From positions 1 to 48,228 of the forward strand of contig MFNK01000002.1 in assembly GCA_001782045.1 (NCBI GenBank): a stretch of DNA of 48,228 nt. Direction: 5' to 3'. Positions within the stretch are counted from its first letter, which is position 1, and each line of letters begins with the position of its first letter. The DNA is from Candidatus Levybacteria bacterium RIFCSPHIGHO2_01_FULL_36_15b. Lineage in GTDB: Bacteria; Patescibacteriota; Microgenomatia; Levybacterales; UBA12049. Under the pieces are notes generated by a model. The model saw only the letters and a program-made list of their open reading frames with translations. It was not told the DNA's origin and searched no databases. This document shows, in pieces, positions 37,191 through 44,549 of this stretch. The position numbers and the translations under genes were made by a program.

Positions 37191-38060
37191 TTATGTTTTT
37201 AGATAACGAAGGACTGCCAAATAACTTGAAATAATACCAAGAAGAGCTGCGAGTATTAGCTCTATCATAAGAAGCTCTAACAACGAAATAAAAGAAACAG
37301 GAAGAACCGGTATTCCTTTTAAGAAAGACTCTAAAAAGGGTGTGGCATACAAAAGCGTTCCAACAGCTATGGTCCATCCAATTAGCGCACCTACAACTCC
37401 ATAAGTAACTCCTTCTATAATAAACGGCCATCTTATGTACCAGCTAGTAGCCCCTATTAACTTCATAATTTCGATATCTTCTTTTTTATGCGATATCTTA
37501 ATGCCAATTATTGTCACCATTATAAAAATTGATACCGCAGAAAGAAGAATAACTAAAGCAAGGCCAATTTGCCTTATCGCGTTAGTCCAAGATGTTAAGG
37601 CAGAAACTACATCTTTTTGATAAATTACCTCAGATACGATTGTACTTTTCTTTAATGTGTCCGAAATACCTCCCAAATCTTCTATTTTTACTGCAGAAAT
37701 TTCAAATGATGCAGGTAAAACATCGGCTGTGACTAAATCCAAAAGTAGGGGGTCATCTTTGTTTTGCTGCTTATATATTTCTAGTGCCTGCTGTTTTGAA
37801 ACAAATTTTATTGAAGCTATTTCTCCGCTTTGCGATAATCTATTTTGTAAATCGTTTATGTCTTCCTGTTTAGCATCGTTTTTAAAAAATGCCGTAACTT
37901 GAGGCTTAGATTCAAAAAAATTAATTATAGTTGAAGATCCAACAAGAATAAAAACAAAAAACGAAATTACCAAAAACGTTAGAGTCATAATAAGTATTGC
38001 GGAAAACGCTTGATACGGAGACCTTCTAATATTTCTCCAAGCCGTATTAAAAAATTTCAT
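37191..38060 (-). CDS. ftsX: Cell division permease FtsX
   Basis: FVSKQQAL, LPASF, EIEIMKLIGATSWYIRWPFIIEG-like motif, 4 TM helices. Confidence 0.93.
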   Translation of the reverse strand: MKFFNTAWRNIRRSPYQAFSAILIMTLTFLVISFFVFILVGSSTIINFFESKPQVTAFFKNDAKQEDINDLQNRLSQSGEIASIKFVSKQQALEIYKQQNKDDPLLLDLVTADVLPASFEISAVKIEDLGGISDTLKKSTIVSEVIYQKDVVSALTSWTNAIRQIGLALVILLSAVSIFIMVTIIGIKISHKKEDIEIMKLIGATSWYIRWPFIIEGVTYGVVGALIGWTIAVGTLLYATPFLESFLKGIPVLPVSFISLLELLMIELILAALLGIISSYLAVLRYLKT

Positions 38061-38782
38061 TCTTTTTTATCCTCCTTTTCTTCTTCTTTTTTTTCTTTAT
38101 CTTTTACTCCGGTGTGTTTTTTATTTTCATCTTTAACTATTTTTCCTTTATCTATGTGAACGATTCGCTTATCCATGCTTTTTACAATATCCGTATTGTG
38201 AGTTGCCATAATAATTGTTGTTCCTTCCTTGTTAATGTCCGAAAGAATTTTAACAATTTCCCAAGATGTTGCAGCATCTAAATTTCCTGTCGGCTCATCA
38301 GCTAGTATTATTTCTGGGGATAATACTAAGGCTCTTGCAATAGCAACTCTTTGAAGTTCTCCTCCTGATAATTGAATAGGAAATTTATCTTTATGCTCAT
38401 AAATCCCCACTTTTCTTAAAATTCTTTCAACCTTTTCAGTCGCTTTTATAGCATTTTCACCAGAAACATCTAACGGCAGCATTACATTTTCAAAAATTGT
38501 TCTGTCGTTTAAAAGTTTTAAGTCTTGAAAAACAACCCCTATCATTTTTCGGAGCGTAGATAGCTTAGGTCTTGCAAGATTTACAACATCAAGTTCACCA
38601 ACTTTAACTTTTCCCTCTGTTGGGAGTAAATCCCTTATTAGAATTCTAAAAAGAGTTGTCTTTCCCGAGCCTGTCGCTCCAACCAAAAATAAAAATTCCC
38701 CTTTGTCTATTACGAGATTTATTTCAGAAAGTCCAAACGAACCAGTTCCAAATTTTTTGGATACGCCCTCAAGCTTTATCAT
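38057..38782 (-). CDS. ftsE: Cell division ATP-binding protein FtsE
   Basis: GATGSGKT, IGVVFQDLKLL, LSGGELQRVAIARA, ADEPTGNLD. Adjacent to ftsX. Confidence 0.93.
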   Translation of the reverse strand: MIKLEGVSKKFGTGSFGLSEINLVIDKGEFLFLVGATGSGKTTLFRILIRDLLPTEGKVKVGELDVVNLARPKLSTLRKMIGVVFQDLKLLNDRTIFENVMLPLDVSGENAIKATEKVERILRKVGIYEHKDKFPIQLSGGELQRVAIARALVLSPEIILADEPTGNLDAATSWEIVKILSDINKEGTTIIMATHNTDIVKSMDKRIVHIDKGKIVKDENKKHTGVKDKEKKEEEKEDKKE

Positions 38783-39264
38783 TACAATACCTCAATTTTA
38801 CCTACATCCATTAACCAACCTGCGTATTGTGCTTTTTGGGTTTGTCCCCAAACTTTTATTTTTTTACCTACAAATTGAGATAAATCAACAATCGATGAAG
38901 TTAAATAGACATTTTGACTTTCCCCACCCGAACGCTCTAAATGAAATGCCCCCTCATCTTCTATTCCACCTTCTTTTAGTACGCCTTCTACAGTATCTTT
39001 GAAGGTTTTAATATCATTTGAACCAACTATTGTTCCGGAGTCTGCCTGATTCTCTTTATTTGAAGTAGATGTATTTACCGATGTATTTATACCCTTTCCG
39101 GAAAGCATATATCCGCTAATTACGCCTAAAACAACAATTAAGCCTAGTAATGCAATTATTTTTGGAGTGAATGTTTTGCCTTGACCAAAGCTATGAATTA
39201 GGGGTTTACTAGTGGAACCAGAAATATTTTCTTGAGAATTTTGTTGTGTATTATTTTCTTCCAT
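38782..39264 (-). CDS. Membrane-anchored hypothetical protein with a small beta-barrel-like C-terminus
   Basis: One TM helix. YLTSSIVDLSQFVGKKIKVWG pattern. Confidence 0.7.
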   Translation of the reverse strand: MEENNTQQNSQENISGSTSKPLIHSFGQGKTFTPKIIALLGLIVVLGVISGYMLSGKGINTSVNTSTSNKENQADSGTIVGSNDIKTFKDTVEGVLKEGGIEDEGAFHLERSGGESQNVYLTSSIVDLSQFVGKKIKVWGQTQKAQYAGWLMDVGKIEVL

Positions 39265-39273
39265 CTATATTCA

Positions 39274-40311
39274 TCACCCATATCTAGTTAAGCACAAATT
39301 CCAACTTTTGGCAACTTTTAATCTTGTCTTCAATTTGTAACTATTAGCATGTGATAAATATCCAAGATAAGACTGGATACTCTGATTTAAAGAATAGTTA
39401 GAAATTTTTCCTTTTTTGTGCCCTTCAATTTTTTCGTTTACTTTTCTAAACAATCTTTTCTTAGTTTTGGTTCTTGGCAGAATATAGTTAGGCAAAATAA
39501 TATATCCCAGAAAATCTATTCCCCATGAAAGCTTTCTTAAGATAACTTTATCCGGATGTAGTTCAAGATTAAGTTTATCTTTTATAAATTTGCCAAGTAT
39601 ACATGTATACTTAGGTAGATGATTTTTGTTTGAAGATAAGATTACAAAATCATCTGCATATCGGATATAATATTTGATTTTTAATGTATGTTTTATAAAT
39701 TGATCTAATTCATCTAGGTAAATATTTGCAAAAATCTGGCTTGTTAAATTTCCAAGAGGAATTCCTTTTTCTAAACCTTGTTCTGAAGCAAAACTATTAA
39801 TGACGTCCTTCAATAACATCAGAATATTTTCATCGTCTATTTTCTTTTTTAGAAACTGGACTACTATTGCATGGTTTACGCTTGCAAAAAACTTTTTAAT
39901 ATCAAATTTTAGAGCAAAACAGTCTCTTGAATAATTTTTCGAGACAATCCTGGTAAATTTATAAAGCCTTTTAACTCCTTTATGTGTTCCTTTGTTTAAT
40001 CGGCAGGAATATGAATCATAAATAAAGGATTTATCGAAAATGTCGTAAAGGAATTTGTATAAGAGATGGTGAAGAATTCTATCTGCAACACTTGCTTTAT
40101 GGATATGCCGTCTTTTCGGATCGTTAACGAAAAAGTCCTCGTAGTCTCCGTGTCTATAAGTCTTGTGTTTCAATTTATGCTGAAGAGAAAATAGGTTATC
40201 TTCGAGGTTACGCTCGAAAATTTGAAGATCAAGTCTTTTCTTCTTTCCTCTCCTAAATTCAGCGTAGGCTTGAAAAAGATTTTCTATTGTTATAAGCTGT
40301 TGATAATTCAT
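39274..40311 (-). CDS. DGR reverse transcriptase
   Basis: PKRRHI..ADRILHH, FDIKKFF, GIPLGNLTSQIFANIYL (DGR-type LGxxxSQ), YIRYADDF, GIDFLGY. No maturase, endonuclease or RNase H domain. Start ATG 40311 (the MCVCVCV extension is the TG repeat read through). Confidence 0.95.
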   Translation of the reverse strand: MNYQQLITIENLFQAYAEFRRGKKKRLDLQIFERNLEDNLFSLQHKLKHKTYRHGDYEDFFVNDPKRRHIHKASVADRILHHLLYKFLYDIFDKSFIYDSYSCRLNKGTHKGVKRLYKFTRIVSKNYSRDCFALKFDIKKFFASVNHAIVVQFLKKKIDDENILMLLKDVINSFASEQGLEKGIPLGNLTSQIFANIYLDELDQFIKHTLKIKYYIRYADDFVILSSNKNHLPKYTCILGKFIKDKLNLELHPDKVILRKLSWGIDFLGYIILPNYILPRTKTKKRLFRKVNEKIEGHKKGKISNYSLNQSIQSYLGYLSHANSYKLKTRLKVAKSWNLCLTRYG

Positions 40312-40749
40312 ATGAGTAACAACAATAAATCTGTTCACACACACACACACACACACACCGATAGTAATTTAGCCCGCCCGCAAACGTCTGAGCGTAGCGA
40401 TGGCGCGCAGGATATTCCGATTTTTACCAAAACTTACGAGTTTTATAGACAGTTAACTGCTATAATTCCCTCTTTTCCTAAAACTAAAAGATATACTCTT
40501 GGACAAAGGCTCGATAATATAACTCTAGATATTTTCGAGCTCTTATTTTCTATTCCTGCAAGCTCAAATAAACTCCTAGTTTTGCAAAAATTTAGTGTTA
40601 AACTCGATCTCTTAAAAGTTTTGATACGACTCTCTAAGGATTCTCAAGTGCTAAGCAATAATAATTACTTAAAACTTCAGGAAATATTACAGGAAATTGG
40701 CAAAATGCTTGGAGGATGGATAAAAGCCTCCAAGCAAGCCTCGCCATAA
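40312..40749 (+). CDS. avd: DGR accessory variability determinant Avd (four-helix bundle)
   Basis: IPIFTKTYE, FPKTKRYTLGQRL, LDLLKVLIRL, EIGKMLGGWIK are Avd-family motifs. Adjacent to RT and TR. Start moved to ATG 40312. Confidence 0.88.
   Translation: MSNNNKSVHTHTHTHTDSNLARPQTSERSDGAQDIPIFTKTYEFYRQLTAIIPSFPKTKRYTLGQRLDNITLDIFELLFSIPASSNKLLVLQKFSVKLDLLKVLIRLSKDSQVLSNNNYLKLQEILQEIGKMLGGWIKASKQASP
40336..40358. repeat. Dinucleotide microsatellite (CA)11C
   Basis: CACACACACACACACACACACAC counted directly. Encodes HTHTHTHT in Avd. Confidence 0.97.
40372..40408. repeat. GC-rich imperfect inverted repeat (REP-like) in the avd 5' region
   Basis: Arms GCCCGCC / GGCGCGC (6 of 7 pair). 27 of 37 bases are G/C. 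Confidence 0.55.
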
Positions 40750-40763
40750 ATTTATTACCAGAT

Positions 40764-40880
40764 ACTATCAGAGGAGAAGCCCAAACATTGTCATTGCCAT
40801 TATCACGATTCCAGTTGTTGACGTTAAGGCCATTATCGGGATTGAAGTTGCCGACATTGGCAACATTGGACTCAACTTTT
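40764..40880 (-). ncRNA. DGR template repeat (TR)
   Basis: 117 bp with 103/117 identity to 41190-41306. All 14 differences are at TR adenines (minus strand). Rich in AAY codons (12 Asn). Confidence 0.95.
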
Positions 40881-41167
40881 ATACATCTCTCCGTTTTAAG
40901 AAAACTCACCAAAGATTCTATTACAGTTTCTTTTGTATTTTATCCGCCCCAAGTATTGCCGAAGGGCAAAGAAAGATATACGTAGTGTCTAGTAAATTTT
41001 CATTAAGCACTCTCCTCACCAAAAAAAGTAAAGACTCTGACTTTAAAAATTCTAGAGATAAACGAGGAATAAAACTTGTTTAAGCCTACACTGCTTATCT
41101 TAATTGAGGTTACCAAAAATTTGGACGGATTCCAAGAGACAAAAAAAACAAAAATCCAAGAATCCAA

Positions 41168-41851
41168 TTACTTAGTTCCAGATGTTGGCACTACCAGAGG
41201 AGAAGCCCAAACATCGCCATGGCCATGAGCACGATGCCAGTAGTTGACGCTAAGGCCATTATCGGGATTGAAGTCGCCGACAGTGGCAACATGGGACCCA
41301 ACTGTTGGAGTCTGAGTTCTTGTGTAATTGTAGTCGTATTTTTCTCCAAATAATTCATTGTTTTGAAAAGCTAGCTCTATGTAGTCTGCTGCTTCTCCGA
41401 GTATAGCTTTTACCCCTGATATTCTTTGGGAAAGAGCTTTATTTTGTTCTTCTACCATTTCAAGCTGCTTGTCTAAGGTTTTATTGTTGGAGTCAGGAAT
41501 GAAGAACTCATCGGGGTCAGTCTTTATTGCAACTTGTCCGACTCTAGACTGCAGGGTTTCGAATTGGGGATTTTGCTCATGCCAGGTTGACCAAAATTTA
41601 AAACCTTTAGCTTTAAGAGTTGCTATTGATTCTCCAGTTAGAGTATATATTTGATATCCTTCTTCTTCGAGTAATCTTGTCTGTTCTGAAGTGAATGTAC
41701 CTTCCTCCCTTGTTTCGGGTGCTTGAAGCTCTACATCTTCAGCAAGAAGCTCTTCTGCAGCCTTATGCGTTGGTTTACCACGCACATTATACGGATCTTG
41801 ATCTACCCACTCATCTGGCCTTTGAAAATCATCTTTTTTTGGTTCAGGCAT
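41168..41851 (-). CDS. DGR target protein with C-terminal variable region (CLec-fold-like)
   Basis: 227 aa. The C-terminus TVGSHVATVGDFNPDNGLSVNYWHRAHGHGDVWASPLVV is the diversified copy of TR. No signal peptide or TM helix seen. Confidence 0.92.
   Translation of the reverse strand: MPEPKKDDFQRPDEWVDQDPYNVRGKPTHKAAEELLAEDVELQAPETREEGTFTSEQTRLLEEEGYQIYTLTGESIATLKAKGFKFWSTWHEQNPQFETLQSRVGQVAIKTDPDEFFIPDSNNKTLDKQLEMVEEQNKALSQRISGVKAILGEAADYIELAFQNNELFGEKYDYNYTRTQTPTVGSHVATVGDFNPDNGLSVNYWHRAHGHGDVWASPLVVPTSGTK
41190..41306 (-). repeat. DGR variable repeat (VR)
   Basis: Ungapped alignment to TR at offset 426. Substitutions: A>G x6, A>C x7, A>T x1. Confidence 0.95.
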
Positions 41852-41857
41852 AAGAGT

Positions 41858-41866
41858 ATTATAACA
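41858..41866 (-). promoter_or_regulatory. Extended -10 promoter TGTTATAAT of the DGR target (leaderless)
   Basis: Consensus TGnTATAAT ending 6 nt before ATG 41851. Confidence 0.65.
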
Positions 41867-41874
41867 AAAATGAA

Positions 41875-42879
41875 CTATAGCTTCCTTAAGGCCTCGTCAA
41901 TGAAGACATCTATCTCACCGTTGAGTACTGCTTCAGTGTTAGATGTTTCATATCCAGTTCTTAAGTCCTTCACCATTTTATAAGGATGCAGCACATAAGA
42001 GCGAATTTGGTTTCCCCAACCCGGTGTTTTATAAACGCCTTTTGCGGCTACCTCTTCTTTTTTTCTTTCTTCTTCTTGCATTAACCAAAGCTTGCCTCTA
42101 AGTAAATTTAGAGCATACTCCCTATTTTTACCTTGATATCTTTCGCTATGAGCAGTAACTATTATACCTGTAGGTTTGTGCTTTAGCCTTACAGCAGTTG
42201 AAACTTTATTTACGTTTTGTCCGCCATGTCCTCCGCTTCTGAAAAAATCCCAGTCTAAATCTTCTTCCTTAATCTCAACACTTCCGTTCTTTGCTAAATT
42301 AGGCAAAACCTCAACAAGCGCAAAAGATGTTTGTCTTAATTTATCTGCATTAAAAGGCGACTGCCTTACTAATCTGTGCACCCCCGCTTCGTGTTTTAAA
42401 AACCCATATGCAAATTCTGCCTCAACCGTTATGGTTATGCTTTTCATGCCAGCTTCATCACCAGGAGTCTCATCGATGGTTTCAAACTTCCAGCCTTTTT
42501 TCTCAAAAAATCTGCTATACATTCTAAATAACATTTGGGTCCAATCCATTGCTTCTACGCCTCCTTGTCCTGCGTGAAGAGACATAATTGCTCCATCTTT
42601 ATCAAAGGGATGCGAAAAATATAAATAAGTCTCAAGTTTTTCAACTAAATTTTCTAAGCCATTAGTGTCACTGCCATCTATTTTTTCGGAAAGTAACTGA
42701 AGATCTGTTATTTCTTCCTGAATTTTTGCCAACTCTTTCATCTTGGAAGTTGCCTCTTGTGGATTTTTCCAGAAATTTGGTTCTGAAGATAACGCCTCTA
42801 ATTGAAAGGCTGTAAGTCTTTTTTCTTCCAAGTTTGCTTTTTCTAAAATTTTTTTAGCTCGCTTCTGTAAGTTTTCCAT
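41875..42879 (-). CDS. prfB: Peptide chain release factor 2 (continuous frame)
   Basis: HAGQGG.EA.DW..ML.RMY, SPF anticodon mimic (RQSPF), GGQ (GGHGGQNVN), WGNQIRSYV. Confidence 0.95.
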   Translation of the reverse strand: MENLQKRAKKILEKANLEEKRLTAFQLEALSSEPNFWKNPQEATSKMKELAKIQEEITDLQLLSEKIDGSDTNGLENLVEKLETYLYFSHPFDKDGAIMSLHAGQGGVEAMDWTQMLFRMYSRFFEKKGWKFETIDETPGDEAGMKSITITVEAEFAYGFLKHEAGVHRLVRQSPFNADKLRQTSFALVEVLPNLAKNGSVEIKEEDLDWDFFRSGGHGGQNVNKVSTAVRLKHKPTGIIVTAHSERYQGKNREYALNLLRGKLWLMQEEERKKEEVAAKGVYKTPGWGNQIRSYVLHPYKMVKDLRTGYETSNTEAVLNGEIDVFIDEALRKL

Positions 42880-44141
42880 TATAAAAAGAGTGTTATTAAG
42901 ATGGCTACTCCAACAACCGACATAATTGCAGTTATTATCCAGCCAAAAATATTTGTGAATTTAGAATTGGTATATTCTCCCATAATTTTTTTATTGTTAG
43001 AAATTATCATTATCATAAATAAAAGCGGCGGCGCCACAATTCCATTAAGTATAGCTGCATAATAAAGCATTTTAAAAGGTGGAATAGATGTAAAGTTAAT
43101 TAAAAGTCCAATTAAAGTAGCAACGGCAATTATTCCATAAAATCCCCATGCTTGGGATAATTTCCTGTATAAGCCTTCCTTCCATCCAAATACCTCTGAC
43201 ATGGCATATGAAGCTGATCCTGCCAAAACCGGCACGGCCAAAAGTCCTGTTCCAAGTATTCCCAGGGCAAACATCCCGCTTGCAAAGCTTCCGGCAAATG
43301 GCTCAAGAGCTAATGCGGCATCACTTGCTGTTTCTATATTTAGAATTCCATTTTTATTTAAAGTAGCCGCACATGTAAGAATAATAAAAAACATAATCAA
43401 GTTAGAAAAAAACATTCCGATTATTGTATCTAACCTAATAAGCCGGATATCTTTTTTTGTTATTCTTGGAACCCCAGCCCCCATCATCCTTATTTTTCCG
43501 CTCTTAACTTCCTCTTCTACTTCTTCACTTGTTTGCCAGAAAAAAAGATAAGGCGATATAGTCGTACCAAGAATTGCTGCAATATTGAATACATAATCTT
43601 TACTAAAAGAAATGGTTGGAATGAGAGTCGAAGAAAAAATCTTAATCCAGTCTCCTTTTATAACAATAGCTACAGCAATATAGGCAAATAATGAAAACGT
43701 AAGATATCTTAAGTATTTAGAATAAACCTTATAGGAAACAAATATTTCAAGAATAAGAGTTATAGCGGTTATTATTATTAAAATTGCTATAAATGGAATT
43801 CCAATAACCAATTGGGTTGCCGAAGCCATTGCTCCCAAATCAGTACCTATGTTAATTACATTTGCAAAAAGCAGCAGCAATACCGACGAATACAAAACTT
43901 TTTTAGAATAGTTATGCTTTATTACCCCAGACAACCCTTTTCCGCTTACGGCGCCAATTCTTCCGCACATCTCTTGCACTACGGTCATAAAGGGAAAAGA
44001 AAAAAGTGCCGTCCAAAGTTGGCTATAACCGAAAGCCGCTCCTGTTTGGGAATAAGTTGCAATTCCAGATGGATCATCATCAGATGCTCCAGTAATAAAT
44101 CCCGGACCGAATAATTTAAAAATCTTTCTTATTCTTTTCAT
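42879..44141 (-). CDS. NRAMP-family divalent metal transporter
   Basis: [34 protein letters not shown], multiple TM helices. Confidence 0.9.
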   Translation of the reverse strand: MKRIRKIFKLFGPGFITGASDDDPSGIATYSQTGAAFGYSQLWTALFSFPFMTVVQEMCGRIGAVSGKGLSGVIKHNYSKKVLYSSVLLLLFANVINIGTDLGAMASATQLVIGIPFIAILIIITAITLILEIFVSYKVYSKYLRYLTFSLFAYIAVAIVIKGDWIKIFSSTLIPTISFSKDYVFNIAAILGTTISPYLFFWQTSEEVEEEVKSGKIRMMGAGVPRITKKDIRLIRLDTIIGMFFSNLIMFFIILTCAATLNKNGILNIETASDAALALEPFAGSFASGMFALGILGTGLLAVPVLAGSASYAMSEVFGWKEGLYRKLSQAWGFYGIIAVATLIGLLINFTSIPPFKMLYYAAILNGIVAPPLLFMIMIISNNKKIMGEYTNSKFTNIFGWIITAIMSVVGVAILITLFL

Positions 44142-44491
44142 TAAAGTCCGTTACAAATCCTTTCGCATGTATTTTTAAGTTCGTTTTTAGGAACATCTTT
44201 AAGGAACTTTAAATCATTAATTACTTTCTGAATCTGAGGGGAAGATGATGCAACTTCTTCAATATTTAAGCTTTCTGCCTGCTCCTGCAAATTTTCTACT
44301 GTTTCCTGAATGTTTTTAGATACATCTTGCGCACCAATCCCTTCAATTTGCGTCTTAGGTTTTTGCAGGGGTTCGTCAGAATTAAAACCTGCGAGGCGGT
44401 AGGATAGAAATAAGATAACAAAAATTACAACTGTTGAAAAAACAATGATCTTTTTCTTGTCCCAATTCACTTCTTCTTTCAAGGGTTTCAT
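44141..44491 (-). CDS. Membrane-anchored hypothetical protein
   Basis: One TM helix, coiled region, C-terminal CERIC. Confidence 0.65.
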   Translation of the reverse strand: MKPLKEEVNWDKKKIIVFSTVVIFVILFLSYRLAGFNSDEPLQKPKTQIEGIGAQDVSKNIQETVENLQEQAESLNIEEVASSSPQIQKVINDLKFLKDVPKNELKNTCERICNGL

Positions 44492-44534
44492 GAAACAATT
44501 GTAGGCAAAAAGCCACGCTATTGCAAACTAAAAT

Positions 44535-44543
44535 TGTTATAAT
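44535..44543 (+). promoter_or_regulatory. Extended -10 promoter TGTTATAAT of uppP (leaderless)
   Basis: Consensus TGnTATAAT ending 6 nt before GTG 44550. Confidence 0.6.
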
Positions 44544-44549
44544 AAATTC

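Larger units (their letters stand above)
39274..41851. mobile_element. Diversity-generating retroelement cassette (target-VR, TR, inverted avd, RT)
   Basis: RT, Avd, an adenine-specific TR/VR pair and a target gene, all within 2.6 kb. Confidence 0.95.

Noticed and set aside
40222-40311. Avd N-terminal extension MKIKSF... from the ORF track
   Set aside because: It overlaps the RT coding region antisense. ATG 40312 is the more parsimonious start.
39274-40311. RT as a group II intron, retron or CRISPR-associated RT
   Set aside because: No maturase/En domain, no msr-msd or cas genes. The LGNLTSQ motif, Avd and the adenine-specific TR/VR pair indicate a DGR.
40312-40356. RT N-terminal extension MCVCVCVNRFIVVTH from the ORF track
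   Set aside because: It is the (TG)n repeat read from a GTG. The RT-like sequence starts at MNYQQLITIENL (40311).
40300-40765. avd as a recombinase-invertible segment
   Set aside because: The two end palindromes (TCATATGA and ATAAATTTAT) are not inverted repeats of each other, and no invertase is in the window. An old inversion remains possible but is unsupported.
40634-40912. 92-aa minus-strand ORF rich in Asn (NVANVGNFNPDNGLNVNNW)
   Set aside because: It is the TR read in the VR frame. It overlaps avd antisense, and open TR frames are expected from AAY codons. Treated as non-coding template RNA.
40956-40969. Hairpin TTGCC-GAAG-GGCAA upstream of TR
   Set aside because: Only a 5-bp stem, too weak to call a terminator or DGR RNA element without covariation data.
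41190-41306. No Asn codon in VR carries a double substitution
   Set aside because: With about 41 percent of adenines changed, zero doubles in 12 codons has a probability near 0.1 under independence, which is not significant.
39262-41880. Target-site duplication or terminal repeats flanking the DGR
   Set aside because: Only a weak CTATATTCA / CTATAGTTCA inverted similarity in AT-rich sequence, consistent with chance.
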